64,000 nt of DNA from Dehalococcoidia bacterium (lineage in GTDB: Bacteria > Chloroflexota > Dehalococcoidia > Plut-88900), in assembly GCA_965197645.1 (NCBI GenBank), contig OZ240219.1:2784001-2848000 (forward strand), written 5' to 3'. Of this stretch, positions 10,350 through 20,283 are shown piece by piece; the stretch's first letter is position 1; each line of letters begins with the position of its first letter. The translations under genes and the position numbers were made by a program. The notes under the pieces were generated by a model that was given only the letters and a program-made list of their open reading frames with translations, was not told where the DNA came from and searched no databases.

Positions 10350-10976
10350 TCATTTCTCGGCTCTACCTCTCACCACGTAGACCGGGTCCGTATAGAAGCT
10401 CTCACGCCGGCCTATGTCCAACAGCGTTACATCGCTCCACTTCTCCGATGCACCAAAGTATTGCTCGATCAATCGACCCCTCTGCTCATCGTCTAGCGCC
10501 TTCCACACCGCGACGGCCTTGGTGGGAAACATCCGGTTGGAGTAGATCACCTGGAACCAACCATTGGGACGAAGGACCCGGTGCACCTCTCCGAAGACCT
10601 CCACCGGCCTCGTCATGTACTGGATGGAGACCGTCACCACCGCCGCATCGAAGCTGCCGGTCCGGAAGGGAAGCGCCCTATCCTTCCGGTTCAGGTCGTG
10701 GACAACCCGGTCGTCGAGCTGCGGGTTCTCCGCCATCTCCTTGCCGTTCAACCCCAGGCCCACCAGGCTTTCTACCGGGTGGCCCTCCGGCATGTGGGAC
10801 CGCCAGCTGCTCATCAGATCGAGGACCCGGCCGTTTTGAGGCAGGCTCTCAGACAGGTATTCCCCTATAGCGGCGATGGCATGATCGTCGATATGGACCA
10901 CCATGCGGGGCTCAATATAGAAGAGTGTATCGTTCCTCTCGTCTTCGCGACGGAACCACCGCTCGTCAAAGGTCAT
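10350..10976 (-). CDS. SAM-dependent methyltransferase (type 11-like)
   Basis: FYIEPRMVVHIDD, VLDLMSSWRSH and SNRMFPTKA family motifs. Confidence 0.85.
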   Translation of the reverse strand: MTFDERWFRREDERNDTLFYIEPRMVVHIDDHAIAAIGEYLSESLPQNGRVLDLMSSWRSHMPEGHPVESLVGLGLNGKEMAENPQLDDRVVHDLNRKDRALPFRTGSFDAAVVTVSIQYMTRPVEVFGEVHRVLRPNGWFQVIYSNRMFPTKAVAVWKALDDEQRGRLIEQYFGASEKWSDVTLLDIGRRESFYTDPVYVVRGRAEK

Positions 10977-10985
10977 CGCACCGCC

Positions 10986-11651
10986 CTAGTAGCTCTTCCA
11001 AGCCTCTTCAATATCCGACGAGTCGACCACCCACACCAACCGCTCCAGAAACTTCATGGCGTCATCGTGGAGATCGGGTTGCCTGGCGCCGACCAGGTCG
11101 CGGGGCACGATAGGAAAGAAACCGACGCTTACGGCGTGCCATGCCGTCGGCAGTATCCCCACCTCGGTGGCGATGCCGGTATGAATGATCGTCTTTATGC
11201 CGTTGGACCGGAGTATCAGCTCGAAGTTGCTGTTGATGAAGGTGTTGGTGCGGTACTTGTTGATGACTATTTCGCCTTCCCGCGGCGCCAGCTCGTCGAT
11301 AGTCTGGCATCCCCAGGTGCCGATCACCCCAGGATTGGCATGGTCCTGCTCCGTCGGATCGCTGACCATGGCCCACCGCTTGCTGGTCATGGGATCGTCG
11401 TAGGAGCCCAGGTCCGGGAGGTCCGTGTAGCTGGTGTACATCACCTTCACGCCGTGCTCTCTGGCAGTGTCCACGAACTCGATCATCGGTTGGAGGATCC
11501 GGGACACGTCCAGCTTCTCGCCGGCCTTGAAGAAAGCCCCGTCCTCCGCCAGAAAATCGTTCTGCATGTCGTGGACCATCACCACCGTATGAGCGGGATT
11601 CACCATCTCCTGGACCGTTTCGAATATCTCTCTGCCCTTGAGGTTATACAT
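10986..11651 (-). CDS. Isochorismatase/cysteine-hydrolase family protein
   Basis: VHDMQNDF, GTWG, KYR and TGIATEVGI; the usual catalytic Cys appears to be replaced by Gly. Confidence 0.8.
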   Translation of the reverse strand: MYNLKGREIFETVQEMVNPAHTVVMVHDMQNDFLAEDGAFFKAGEKLDVSRILQPMIEFVDTAREHGVKVMYTSYTDLPDLGSYDDPMTSKRWAMVSDPTEQDHANPGVIGTWGCQTIDELAPREGEIVINKYRTNTFINSNFELILRSNGIKTIIHTGIATEVGILPTAWHAVSVGFFPIVPRDLVGARQPDLHDDAMKFLERLVWVVDSSDIEEAWKSY

Positions 11652-11666
11652 GCCTTGATTTGCTCC

Positions 11667-12740
11667 TTACTCCCACCGGAACGCCCTGGCGGCCAGGGCG
11701 AAGGCCAATACCGTCCACACGCCCAGCCCCAGGAAGTCCCAGCCTATGCCGGCGATGCTTTCCCCTTGCACTGCCACCTCTCTCACTCCGTGGACCAGGT
11801 AGGTCAGCGGCAGATATTGCACCACCGCCTCCACAGGCCCGGGCAAAATGTCGATGGGGAAAAACACGCCGGAGAGAAACATCATAGGCAGGGCTATCAC
11901 ATTGGTCAACGGCGCCCCCACCTCCTCCGATTTAGCGTATCCGGAGATTGCAAAACCCATCGACAGGAACAGTACGCCGCCCACCACGGCCAGCAGCAAC
12001 AACACCCCGACGTTCCCCTCTACGTTCAGGTCGAAGACCAGCACGGCAACTCCCAGCAGTACGACCGTCTGAAGTATCGAAGCAATGAGCCGGGTCAGCA
12101 CCTGACCGGTGAGGAATTGGTGAGGCCTTATAGGTGTTGCCTTGAGCCTGCGCAGGACCCCCTGGTTTTTGTACTGGATGAATGTAAATGTGACCCCGAA
12201 TATCCCCGTCTGCATCACAGACATGGCTATGACCCCCGGTACCAGGAAGTCCACGTAGTCCAGCCCGCGGCTGCTCACCGTCTCGCCTTCAAAGGTGAAG
12301 AGCCGCTCCGTCCCCGTCAGGTCCAGGTTCATCTGCTCCAGAAGGCTCCTCACTATCGAGGCGCCGACACGAGCTTGCTCCAGCCTCGCATCGTTGAAGT
12401 ACCCCTGGACGGTGGTCAACGAGCCCGCCTCCCCGAACCCGGCGGGCAGCACCGCCACCAGGTGCCGGTCGCCCTCCTCCAGCATGGCTATCTCCGTCTG
12501 CCTGGAACCATGGGAAAGATCGATTATGTCCAGTTCCTCCAGCTCTAATATGAACGTGGCCGACGCCTCGTTGCCGGCCTCGTCGACTATCCCCAACTCC
12601 ACCTCCGAAAAGGAGCCGAAGTCCACCAGCCCGAAGATCACGATGAAGATCAGTGGGAACAGCAACGTCCAGAACAACGCCTGGGGGTTGCGGAAATATA
12701 TCTTGAAGGAGGCTATCGTTAGCGAAAGGGTGGGCTGCAA
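11667..12740 (-). CDS. ABC-2 type transporter permease
   Basis: Multiple TM segments; GVLRRLKATP and FLSGVFFP. Confidence 0.9.
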   Translation of the reverse strand: MQPTLSLTIASFKIYFRNPQALFWTLLFPLIFIVIFGLVDFGSFSEVELGIVDEAGNEASATFILELEELDIIDLSHGSRQTEIAMLEEGDRHLVAVLPAGFGEAGSLTTVQGYFNDARLEQARVGASIVRSLLEQMNLDLTGTERLFTFEGETVSSRGLDYVDFLVPGVIAMSVMQTGIFGVTFTFIQYKNQGVLRRLKATPIRPHQFLTGQVLTRLIASILQTVVLLGVAVLVFDLNVEGNVGVLLLLAVVGGVLFLSMGFAISGYAKSEEVGAPLTNVIALPMMFLSGVFFPIDILPGPVEAVVQYLPLTYLVHGVREVAVQGESIAGIGWDFLGLGVWTVLAFALAARAFRWE

Positions 12741-12741
12741 G

Positions 12742-13500
12742 CTATCCCTCTCGCAAGCTCTTGCCCGTCAGATCGATGAACACGTCTTCCAGGTTTGCAC
12801 CTCTGAACGCCCTCGTCTTGTTGAAGCCCCTGTCCAGCAACTCGTCGATGAGGGCGTCGGGGCTTTTCATCGCCACTATCCGGCCCTCATCCATAATCGC
12901 CACCCTATCGCACAGCTCCTCGGCCTCCTCCATGTAGTGGGTGGTCAGAAGAACGGTCTTGCCGTCCTCCCGAAACCTCTTGATCAGGTCCCACATGTGC
13001 CTTCGAGACTGGGGGTCGAGACCGGTGGTGGGCTCGTCAAGGAACATCACCAACGGGTCGTTGACCAGCGCCGTAGCTATGGACAACCTCTGTTTCTGGC
13101 CGCCCGAGAGCTGTCGGTACTGAGACCTGGCCTTATCTCCCAGCTCCACCTGCCCCAGGATCGCTGCCGCGTCGACTCTATGCCCGTACATGTCGCCGAA
13201 CAGCTTCACCAGCTCCAGCAAGTTAAGCCTATCGAAGAAGGCCGCCGACTGCAGCTGCACACCGATGATCCCCTTCACCCCGTGGGGGTCTATCGCTACG
13301 TCGATGCCGTTTATCAGCGCTTCCCCCGAGTCCGCATCCCGCATCCCCTCCAGGATCTCCACCGTGGTGGTCTTGCCCGCGCCATTGGGGCCCAGGATGC
13401 CGAACACCTCGCCCTGTCCCACCTCGAAGGACACGCCGTCCACCGCGGTGAGCGAACCGTATCGCTTGACCAGCTCCGTCACTTGAATCATAGGCTCCAT
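12742..13500 (-). CDS. ABC transporter ATP-binding protein (export type)
   Basis: GPNGAGKTT, LSGGQKQR and DEPTTGLD. Confidence 0.95.
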   Translation of the reverse strand: MEPMIQVTELVKRYGSLTAVDGVSFEVGQGEVFGILGPNGAGKTTTVEILEGMRDADSGEALINGIDVAIDPHGVKGIIGVQLQSAAFFDRLNLLELVKLFGDMYGHRVDAAAILGQVELGDKARSQYRQLSGGQKQRLSIATALVNDPLVMFLDEPTTGLDPQSRRHMWDLIKRFREDGKTVLLTTHYMEEAEELCDRVAIMDEGRIVAMKSPDALIDELLDRGFNKTRAFRGANLEDVFIDLTGKSLREG

Positions 13501-13613
13501 ACGCCGGAGAAATATATCATAAGTACCCATCTCCGATGGGCCGCTCAATCTTCCGCTTGCAATCGGCACTATCGAAAAGTAGAGTAGACAAAACGAGTGG
13601 GCGGGTGAAGCAC

Positions 13614-14060
13614 ATGCCTATCGAGCGGGTGGGACACGTGGTCCTGAAGATGAGAGACCTGGACAAGGCGAAGCAGTTTTACGGGGGCGTCCTGGGCATG
13701 CAGATAGCCGACGATGAGGACTTCGGAGTCTTCTTTCGCTTCAACGATTACCACCACGATATCGCCGTATTCAAGGTGCCGGATGACGCCGAGCTTCCCA
13801 AGGAGGACCAGGTGGGTCTGGCCCACGTAGCGCTGGTGGCCGACAGCCTGGAAACGGTAAAGGGGATGTATCGTCGCCTGAAGGAGCAGGGCGTCGAGGT
13901 CACAGGGACGACGGACCACGGCGTTACCAAGAGCCTCTACTGCAAAGACCCCGAGGGCAACGAGATTGAGATCTACTGCGAGGTGCCGGAGGTAAGCTGG
14001 CAGGACGCAGGGACGGTCGCCGTCGATGAACCGCTGGACCTGGAGTCGGTCAAGGCCTAG
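13614..14060 (+). CDS. VOC/glyoxalase family protein
   Basis: GHVVLK, HHDIA, HVAL and SLYCKDPEGNEIE. Confidence 0.85.
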   Translation: MPIERVGHVVLKMRDLDKAKQFYGGVLGMQIADDEDFGVFFRFNDYHHDIAVFKVPDDAELPKEDQVGLAHVALVADSLETVKGMYRRLKEQGVEVTGTTDHGVTKSLYCKDPEGNEIEIYCEVPEVSWQDAGTVAVDEPLDLESVKA

Positions 14061-14126
14061 CCGTCTGGATCAGGCCTCACTCCCCGGGGTCTTTCACCAC
14101 CGTACAGTTGCCTACGCACCCGCCCG

Positions 14127-15290
14127 TCAGTGGACGATGATCTCTCGGGGGGCGTGGGTTATCAGCTCCGGCCCATCGTCGTGGATGATGGCCTGCTCGC
14201 CCAGCGCCATCGTCAGCCCGGCTTCCCGGTCCACCAGCACCATGTGGGTGAAGAAGGTCATGTTCGGCTCCAGGACCAGCGGATTGTCCCGGATGATCAT
14301 CGGGTGCTCCATCCAGGTGGGCGGCCAGGTTGCTCCCATGGTGTAACCGCAGGCGTTCAGTATGGCGTGACCGAGACCCCGCCGGGTGAAGGTATCGGCG
14401 TGGGCAGCGAACATGTCTCCCACCGTGTTTCCCGGTTTCATCGCCCCCTGGATGGCGCCCAGGGCCTCGATGCAGGCCTCCAGCATCCTTTCGTAGCGCG
14501 GATCGATATTGGGGCCGGTGAGCACTATCGCCATGCTGGCCGCGTGGTAGTGCCGGTATCCGGTTGCGATCTCATAGGTAACCTGGTCGTTCTCACCTAT
14601 CTTGCCCCGGCCGGTGGCATAACGGCCCAACAACGCCTTTTCCCCGGCTCCCGTCACCCACCTCGATGCAGGCGGGTCGCCGTCCATCCTCCAGTTCAGG
14701 CCATGCATCTCGGCGAGGATATCCCCCTCGTTGGCTCCTGCTACCGTCCCATCGATGCCTATCTGCAGCACGGCGTCGCAGATCTCACCCGCTTTACGAA
14801 GGTAGTCTATCTCCTGGGGACTCTTCACCACCCGCAGCAGGCGTATCAGGTCCGATACGTCCACCAGCTCGCAGAACTCGTCCAGGGCGTCCTGCAGCTC
14901 CCTGTACATCCGGGCGGTAAGTCCGTAGGTATCGTACTGGATGCCGATGCGCTTGCCCCGCATTCCGTGGCTCTCCAGCATGTCCCGCACCGCGTTCACC
15001 GGCGGATTATCGGGACTGTCCACCCAAAGCTGCACGTCCTCGCAGATGGAGGAGTACTTGATGCTGCTCAGGTCCGCCGACCTCGAAACATGGGTCAGCT
15101 GCCCATCGACACCGATGAACATGTTGTGAAATATGACGAACCCGTCCGTGTCCAGGCCGCACAGCCAGTACATGTCTTCGATCTTGAACAAGAGCATGCC
15201 GTCCAGGTCCCGTTTGGCCAACTCTTCCCTGACCCGCTTCTGGCGCTCCTCGAACTCCTGGAGCGAGAAATGGATGTGCGGCTCGGCCAT
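14127..15290 (-). CDS. M24 Xaa-Pro peptidase/creatinase family hydrolase (ectoine hydrolase-like)
   Basis: FSLQEFEERQ N-terminus, RVVKSPQEI and GYTMGA..PPTWME. Confidence 0.8.
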   Translation of the reverse strand: MAEPHIHFSLQEFEERQKRVREELAKRDLDGMLLFKIEDMYWLCGLDTDGFVIFHNMFIGVDGQLTHVSRSADLSSIKYSSICEDVQLWVDSPDNPPVNAVRDMLESHGMRGKRIGIQYDTYGLTARMYRELQDALDEFCELVDVSDLIRLLRVVKSPQEIDYLRKAGEICDAVLQIGIDGTVAGANEGDILAEMHGLNWRMDGDPPASRWVTGAGEKALLGRYATGRGKIGENDQVTYEIATGYRHYHAASMAIVLTGPNIDPRYERMLEACIEALGAIQGAMKPGNTVGDMFAAHADTFTRRGLGHAILNACGYTMGATWPPTWMEHPMIIRDNPLVLEPNMTFFTHMVLVDREAGLTMALGEQAIIHDDGPELITHAPREIIVH

Positions 15291-15294
15291 CTGT

Positions 15295-15864
15295 CTACCC
15301 TTCCCTTTCCAGCGCTTCCTTGACCTCACGGTAGGCGACCTTAGTCACCCGGTCCGTGATCTGCGGCTTGATGCCCGTGTCCTCCACCTTCATGGTAACG
15401 AACGTAGGCCCCGTCATCTCCAGGATATCCGCCATACGAAGGGCCAGCTCCTCCAGATCATCGAACTCGAGGGTATTGGGATATCCCGCCGACCTGGCCA
15501 GTCCCGCAAAAGAGAGCCTGTCTACCCCCGGCACCGGCTGCCCGCCGCTGAGGCCGTAGATATCGTTCTGATAGAGAAAGTGGACCAGGTTGGGCGGCGA
15601 CTGGTTCGCTATGGTCACCAGCGACCCCAGGTTCATCAGAAGACTGCCGTCCGAGTCCACTACGATCACCTTCCTGTTGGGCTGGGCCAGCGCCAAGCCC
15701 AGTCCTATGGATGAGGCCTTGCTCATGGAGTTGATCAGCGGCAGGTGAAGCTCCTGTTTGTCGGAGATCGAGTCCCACAGGGTGTAGGGCGTCTCGGTAG
15801 TGACGACCAGAGCGTCTCCCTGGTGGCGGGCAATGAGCTTCAGCGCCTCGATGCCGGGTATCAT
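15295..15864 (-). CDS. TPP-binding decarboxylase beta subunit (ComE/phosphonopyruvate decarboxylase-like)
   Basis: DSDGSLLMNLGSL TPP motif and YGLSGGQP; ATGA overlap with the alpha subunit. Confidence 0.8.
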   Translation of the reverse strand: MIPGIEALKLIARHQGDALVVTTETPYTLWDSISDKQELHLPLINSMSKASSIGLGLALAQPNRKVIVVDSDGSLLMNLGSLVTIANQSPPNLVHFLYQNDIYGLSGGQPVPGVDRLSFAGLARSAGYPNTLEFDDLEELALRMADILEMTGPTFVTMKVEDTGIKPQITDRVTKVAYREVKEALEREG

Positions 15865-16370
15865 TCCTGCTGGTATTCGGCGCCGATCAGGGCGGCCACC
15901 GGCCTCGATATTCGTTGTGCTTCGTGATAGGCCTGGGATATCTTCGGGACGTCTTCGTCGGTCTCGACAAGGTGGTAGTCGATCCCCCACGCTTTGAGTA
16001 TAGGTTCCAGGTAGGTGGCCGCCGAGTCCACGATGGGCCCCTCTCGCCTCCAGCCCCTGTACCCGACCAGCAGCAGCAGGGGAAGACCCACCTCCAACGC
16101 CAGTCCTCGTATCGCATCCCCGGACTCGTAAAGTCCGGTGCTCTGCATGAGGCACGCCGGTCTCTGACCCCCCAGCAGCAGTCCCATGGCGATGGGCACG
16201 GCCTCCCCCTCTCGGCACACCTGCACCAGTTTCACCGACGTGTCTGCGGCCACGGTGTCGTAGAGAAACCGGCTCTCCGTATCGGGAAGCCACACGATGT
16301 GACTTATCTCCAGCTTCTTGAGCTCTTCCAGTACGCGGGCCGGTGTGAGAACTTTTCGCTCGGTGGTCAT
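15861..16370 (-). CDS. TPP decarboxylase alpha subunit (ComD-like)
   Basis: WLPD, VCREGEAVPIAMG and MQSTG. Confidence 0.8.
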   Translation of the reverse strand: MTTERKVLTPARVLEELKKLEISHIVWLPDTESRFLYDTVAADTSVKLVQVCREGEAVPIAMGLLLGGQRPACLMQSTGLYESGDAIRGLALEVGLPLLLLVGYRGWRREGPIVDSAATYLEPILKAWGIDYHLVETDEDVPKISQAYHEAQRISRPVAALIGAEYQQE

Positions 16371-17368
16371 AGCCGGTACACCCTCACCGCGGTGTCGTGG
16401 AACAGCGAGCCCAGCTCAGACGCCGAGAACCCCTTCGCCACCCGCTTGAAGGCGTTCCAGAGGACGGTGTAGGAGCCCGATACCTTGTCCACCGGAAAGT
16501 TGCTTTCGAACATACACCGTTCGGGACCGAACTTCTCGACGCAGAAGAGGTAGTAGGGAGACATGGCCTCAGCCATCTCCTCAGAGGCAGGCGGTGCGCT
16601 GCGCTTATGCCAAGCGAAGCCGCACATGGACATGCCCAGCCCACCCAGCTTTACCGTGACGTTGGGACATTCGGCCAGCTCCGAGATGCCGCGGACCCAC
16701 TCTTGATACACCTCTTCCCGCTTGCCAACGTAGGGCCCGATGCCAAGCAACCCTCCTACGTGGTTGAGAATGATCGAGACGTCCGGGAACGACTTCGCCA
16801 GGTCGGCCAGCTCCGAGAGTTGGGTGTGGTACAACCACGCCTCGTAGCTCAACCCGTAGCTCTGGAGACAAGCGAATCCCTCCCGGTACTTGGAGTCCAG
16901 CAGCAGCCCCTGGGGAGCGTTTCGGTACCTGCGTATGTCGGGACTGGCGTCCCATGGACAGGCGTGCCGAATTCCGCGGAACCTGCCCTCGCTGGCGGCG
17001 ACGTGGGCCTCCAGTACCGGCGCGACCGATTCTCCCAACGTGAAATCGGCGAAGCCGACAATACCGGCGCATACATCGATGCTATTGTCCGACCGGCCGG
17101 CGTTCTCGCTGGCGACGGCTGCCACGAACTCGGTCTCGCCGACGGGCTGCATCTCCACCGGGCCCGACTGACGGTACATGGCCTGACACTCGACGAACAC
17201 CGTCTTTACAACGTTATGGCCGCCCCCTATGTCCTGCAGTAGCTCATCGAGGAGGTATCGGTCGCCATTTATGTCCCACAGGTGATGGTGAGGATCGCAG
17301 ATGGCAAGGTCCGGGTCTATGGGGTCTTCGATGGTCAGCCCGAGCCAGTCTTCCCTTGCGTTTGCCAT
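16367..17368 (-). CDS. Amidohydrolase family 2 protein
   Basis: DPHHHLWD, ILNHVGG and MFESNFPVDK. Confidence 0.9.
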   Translation of the reverse strand: MANAREDWLGLTIEDPIDPDLAICDPHHHLWDINGDRYLLDELLQDIGGGHNVVKTVFVECQAMYRQSGPVEMQPVGETEFVAAVASENAGRSDNSIDVCAGIVGFADFTLGESVAPVLEAHVAASEGRFRGIRHACPWDASPDIRRYRNAPQGLLLDSKYREGFACLQSYGLSYEAWLYHTQLSELADLAKSFPDVSIILNHVGGLLGIGPYVGKREEVYQEWVRGISELAECPNVTVKLGGLGMSMCGFAWHKRSAPPASEEMAEAMSPYYLFCVEKFGPERCMFESNFPVDKVSGSYTVLWNAFKRVAKGFSASELGSLFHDTAVRVYRL

Positions 17369-17411
17369 ATCGGTCCTTCAGATCCCCTGCACTCGGCTCC
17401 AGGTTTCCTCG

Positions 17412-18899
17412 CTACTCTCTTATACGCAGAGTAGACACCTCGCCCGAATCTATATCGGCCACCCGGATGGCGTGATTGTTCGTGTCCGCTATGTAGAGCT
17501 TTCCATCGGCGGCGCTTATGCCACCCGGCTCGTGGAAGGTCACCGCGTCCTCGTACCCGTCGCCGTGCCCAACCTCTCCCGTGCCAAGCAACGTAGTGAC
17601 CTCCCGGGTTTCGGGGGCCAGCCGCTTGATCTTGTTGTTGTAGGTGTCGGTCAGGTAGACAGCCCCATCGTGATGGGCGACACACTGGACGTGCTGCAGC
17701 CGCGCCGAGGCCCCGTCTCCATCGATGTCCCCAAACTCGAACAGCCCCTCCCCCACCAGGGTCGTCACGTTGCCCCTGGGATCCAGGTCGGCCATCCGTA
17801 CCGAGCTGGTCTCGCTATCGGCAAAGTAGAGCATGCTGCCATCGGTGGTGATGCCCGTCGGCTGTGCCAGCATGGCCGAGTCCAGCGGGCCGTCGGAGAT
17901 GCTTTCCCTTCCGTTGCCGGCGTAGGGCCCTACTCGGCCCTTTTCCAGGTCCATCGCCCAGAGCTGGTGAAAGCCCGCCATCGCTATGTAGAGGGTCCCG
18001 TTCAACTGGGTCAGTGCCCACGGCGAGTTGAGGGCCGTCGATGATGCCTCGCCTCCCCCGTGGAAGAACCGTGCCTGCTCGCCCACACCGGCGATGGTCT
18101 CCACCATCTTGCCTTCAATGTCCACTTTGCGGATGGCGTGGTTCTCCGTGTCGGCGACGAACAGGGCGCCGTTGCTGGCGGCCATTCCGTGGGGGTGGTC
18201 GAACCGGGCCGTCTCGAAAGACCCGTCCAGAAGCCCTTCCTCCCCCTCGCCGATGACGTCCTGAATGCGTCCTTCCATATCCGTGACTAGCAGCCGGTTG
18301 TGGCCCGTATCGGCGATGAAGATCCTGCCCAAGGCGGGGTCTGCCAGCACCTTCTCGGGGAAGGAGAGCCACGCCCCCTCTTCCTGCTTCGCCCCGACGA
18401 CGCCGGGCAGAGGCGATCTGTCCAACGTGCCCCGCTCCTCAAACTCCCGGACGATATTTGAGACCAGGTTATCGAACGCCTCGTAGGTGATCTCGCCCTC
18501 GTGCTTGCCCAGCACGTTGCCTTCGGGATCGATGATGAAGAGGCTGGGCCAGGCCCGGGCGGCGTACTGGCTCCATATCATGAAGTCTCTATCGTTGATA
18601 ACGGGATGCTCGATGCCGTACCGCATCACCGCCTTGGCCACGTTGTCAGTCTCCTGTTCGGAGGTGAACTTGGCCGAGTGGACCCCGATGACCACGAGCT
18701 CTTGGGAGTACTTTCGCTCCAGTTTCCGCAACTGCGGAAATATGTGCATGCAGTTGATTCAGCAGTATGTCCAGAAGTCCAGGATGACCACTTTCCCGCG
18801 GAGCTCTTCCAGGCTCAGGGGCCGGTCCACGTTGATCCAGTCCAGGTCCATGGGAAATGCGGGGGCATTTACGGTGCCTACCAGCGTCTGTTGCGCCAT
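17412..18899 (-). CDS. Thioredoxin-like + NHL-repeat protein (NHLRC2/SOQ1-like) selenoprotein; Sec at TGA 18759-18761
   Basis: Upstream in-frame extension from ATG 18899 (RBS GGAGAGGA) gives LDFWTYC-U-INCMH, matching the family WTYCCINC motif; NHL repeats ([17 protein letters not shown]). Confidence 0.85.
18723..18740 (-). promoter_or_regulatory. Putative bacterial SECIS hairpin
   Basis: TTTCCGC-AGTT-GCGGAAA stem-loop starting 18 nt after the UGA, with GU in the loop. Confidence 0.7.
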
Positions 18900-18941
18900 T
18901 CCTAGTTCCTCTCCAGGCCTGTCTCAAAATGACGGATGTCT

Positions 18942-19036
18942 GTGTCCCAACCGCCCGACCTCGGACGGTCTCATAACTGGGGGCACACACACCCGGACCC
19001 CTTGCCAGAGGGAAGCCTCTTTCTGGACTCCCTCAA
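18942..19036. repeat. Intergenic palindromic repeat family A, copy 3
   Basis: Similar to 31-125 and 2837-2930. Confidence 0.75.
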
Positions 19037-19094
19037 CGCAGGGTTTCGGGACAGGCCTCTCTATGTTATCAACCACTTTCAGATCTGCAAGCTG

Positions 19095-20225
19095 CTACAC
19101 CTCAAGCGTTATCCGGTCTCTGTACAGGTCCATCGAGTTGTCCCACAGGATCTTCCGCTTCGCATCCTCGGGGATGGGCCGCCCCAACAGCTCGTTTACC
19201 GCACCCGGGAAGGGGGCGTCGGGGTGGGGGTAGTCCGTGTTGAAGATTATGTTACTACCCTCCAGATAGTCGACCACCAGGGGCAACGTGCCTTCATCGG
19301 CGTCGCACGATACCGAGCATTGACGGTAGAAGTAGTCGCTGGGCTTCATCGACACCGAGGCCCCGTGCATGAAACGGGCCTGCCTGCCGGTGCCGTGGTC
19401 GTCCAGGCGGGCCAGCCAGTAGGGCACCCAGCCTGCGTTGGCCTCGTAGAACCCGCACCGCAGGTTGGGATAGCGCTCCAGCACGTCGCCGAAGATCAGG
19501 TCGGCCAGGGACAACATCAGGTCCACGGGGAAGGAGATGGCGTGGGCCACAGTCTTCATCTCCCCCTGGTACTGGCCAAAGAGGGAGTCCTGGGAGCCTC
19601 CGCCGTGGAAGGCGGCGGGCAGGCCTTCGCTCTCCAGCAGCTGCCACAGGCCCTCGAATTTATCGTCGCACCACTTCTGGCCCTCTCCCAAATCTATGAA
19701 CCCCGCCAGGGTCACCGCCGCCACTGCCGGATTGGAAGCTATGCGGTTCACCTCTCGCAGAGCCTCCCCGCCGTCACCCGGGCTTGCCAGCGCCACGAAC
19801 GATACTCTGCCCGAAGAGTCGCTGCAGAAGTCGGTGGCCCAGTTGTTGTAGGCCCGTACTAGGGCCGCCTGCAGATTGATGTCCTTTATGGAGTTGGATG
19901 TGGCAAGAGCCCCGTTGGTGGGGAAGCAGACCTGAATGTCCACTCCTTCGTCGTCCATATGGTCCAGGCGGCTGGGCATGCTCCACCAGCTGCGGTACGC
20001 CTCGCCGTAGCGCTCCTCCATATCGACGTAGCACTCCTCGCCAAAGGTGCTTTCGTAGCCCTCGGGAAAGATCTCGCAGGGGGCGTAGTTGTGGAGCGAC
20101 CTGCTGACGTGTCCGTTGACCTTGGGCGCCCTATCCTTGAAGGCGGGCTCGGTGTAGTTGTCCCACATATCCATGGGCTCGAGCATGTGGCCGTCGCCGT
20201 CGATGATCTTGAATCCGTTCTTCAT
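19095..20225 (-). CDS. Amidohydrolase family 2 protein
   Basis: IDGDGH, EANAGWVPYWL and TDYPHPD. Confidence 0.9.
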   Translation of the reverse strand: MKNGFKIIDGDGHMLEPMDMWDNYTEPAFKDRAPKVNGHVSRSLHNYAPCEIFPEGYESTFGEECYVDMEERYGEAYRSWWSMPSRLDHMDDEGVDIQVCFPTNGALATSNSIKDINLQAALVRAYNNWATDFCSDSSGRVSFVALASPGDGGEALREVNRIASNPAVAAVTLAGFIDLGEGQKWCDDKFEGLWQLLESEGLPAAFHGGGSQDSLFGQYQGEMKTVAHAISFPVDLMLSLADLIFGDVLERYPNLRCGFYEANAGWVPYWLARLDDHGTGRQARFMHGASVSMKPSDYFYRQCSVSCDADEGTLPLVVDYLEGSNIIFNTDYPHPDAPFPGAVNELLGRPIPEDAKRKILWDNSMDLYRDRITLEV

Positions 20226-20283
20226 AGTTCGCCTCGATTACCTACTACTTGGGGAGCCTATCTCTTCACCGGGGAAACTGTGT

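Noticed and set aside
10581-13587. 655-aa and 430-aa plus-strand ORFs
   Set aside because: Antisense to well-supported methyltransferase, hydrolase and ABC genes.
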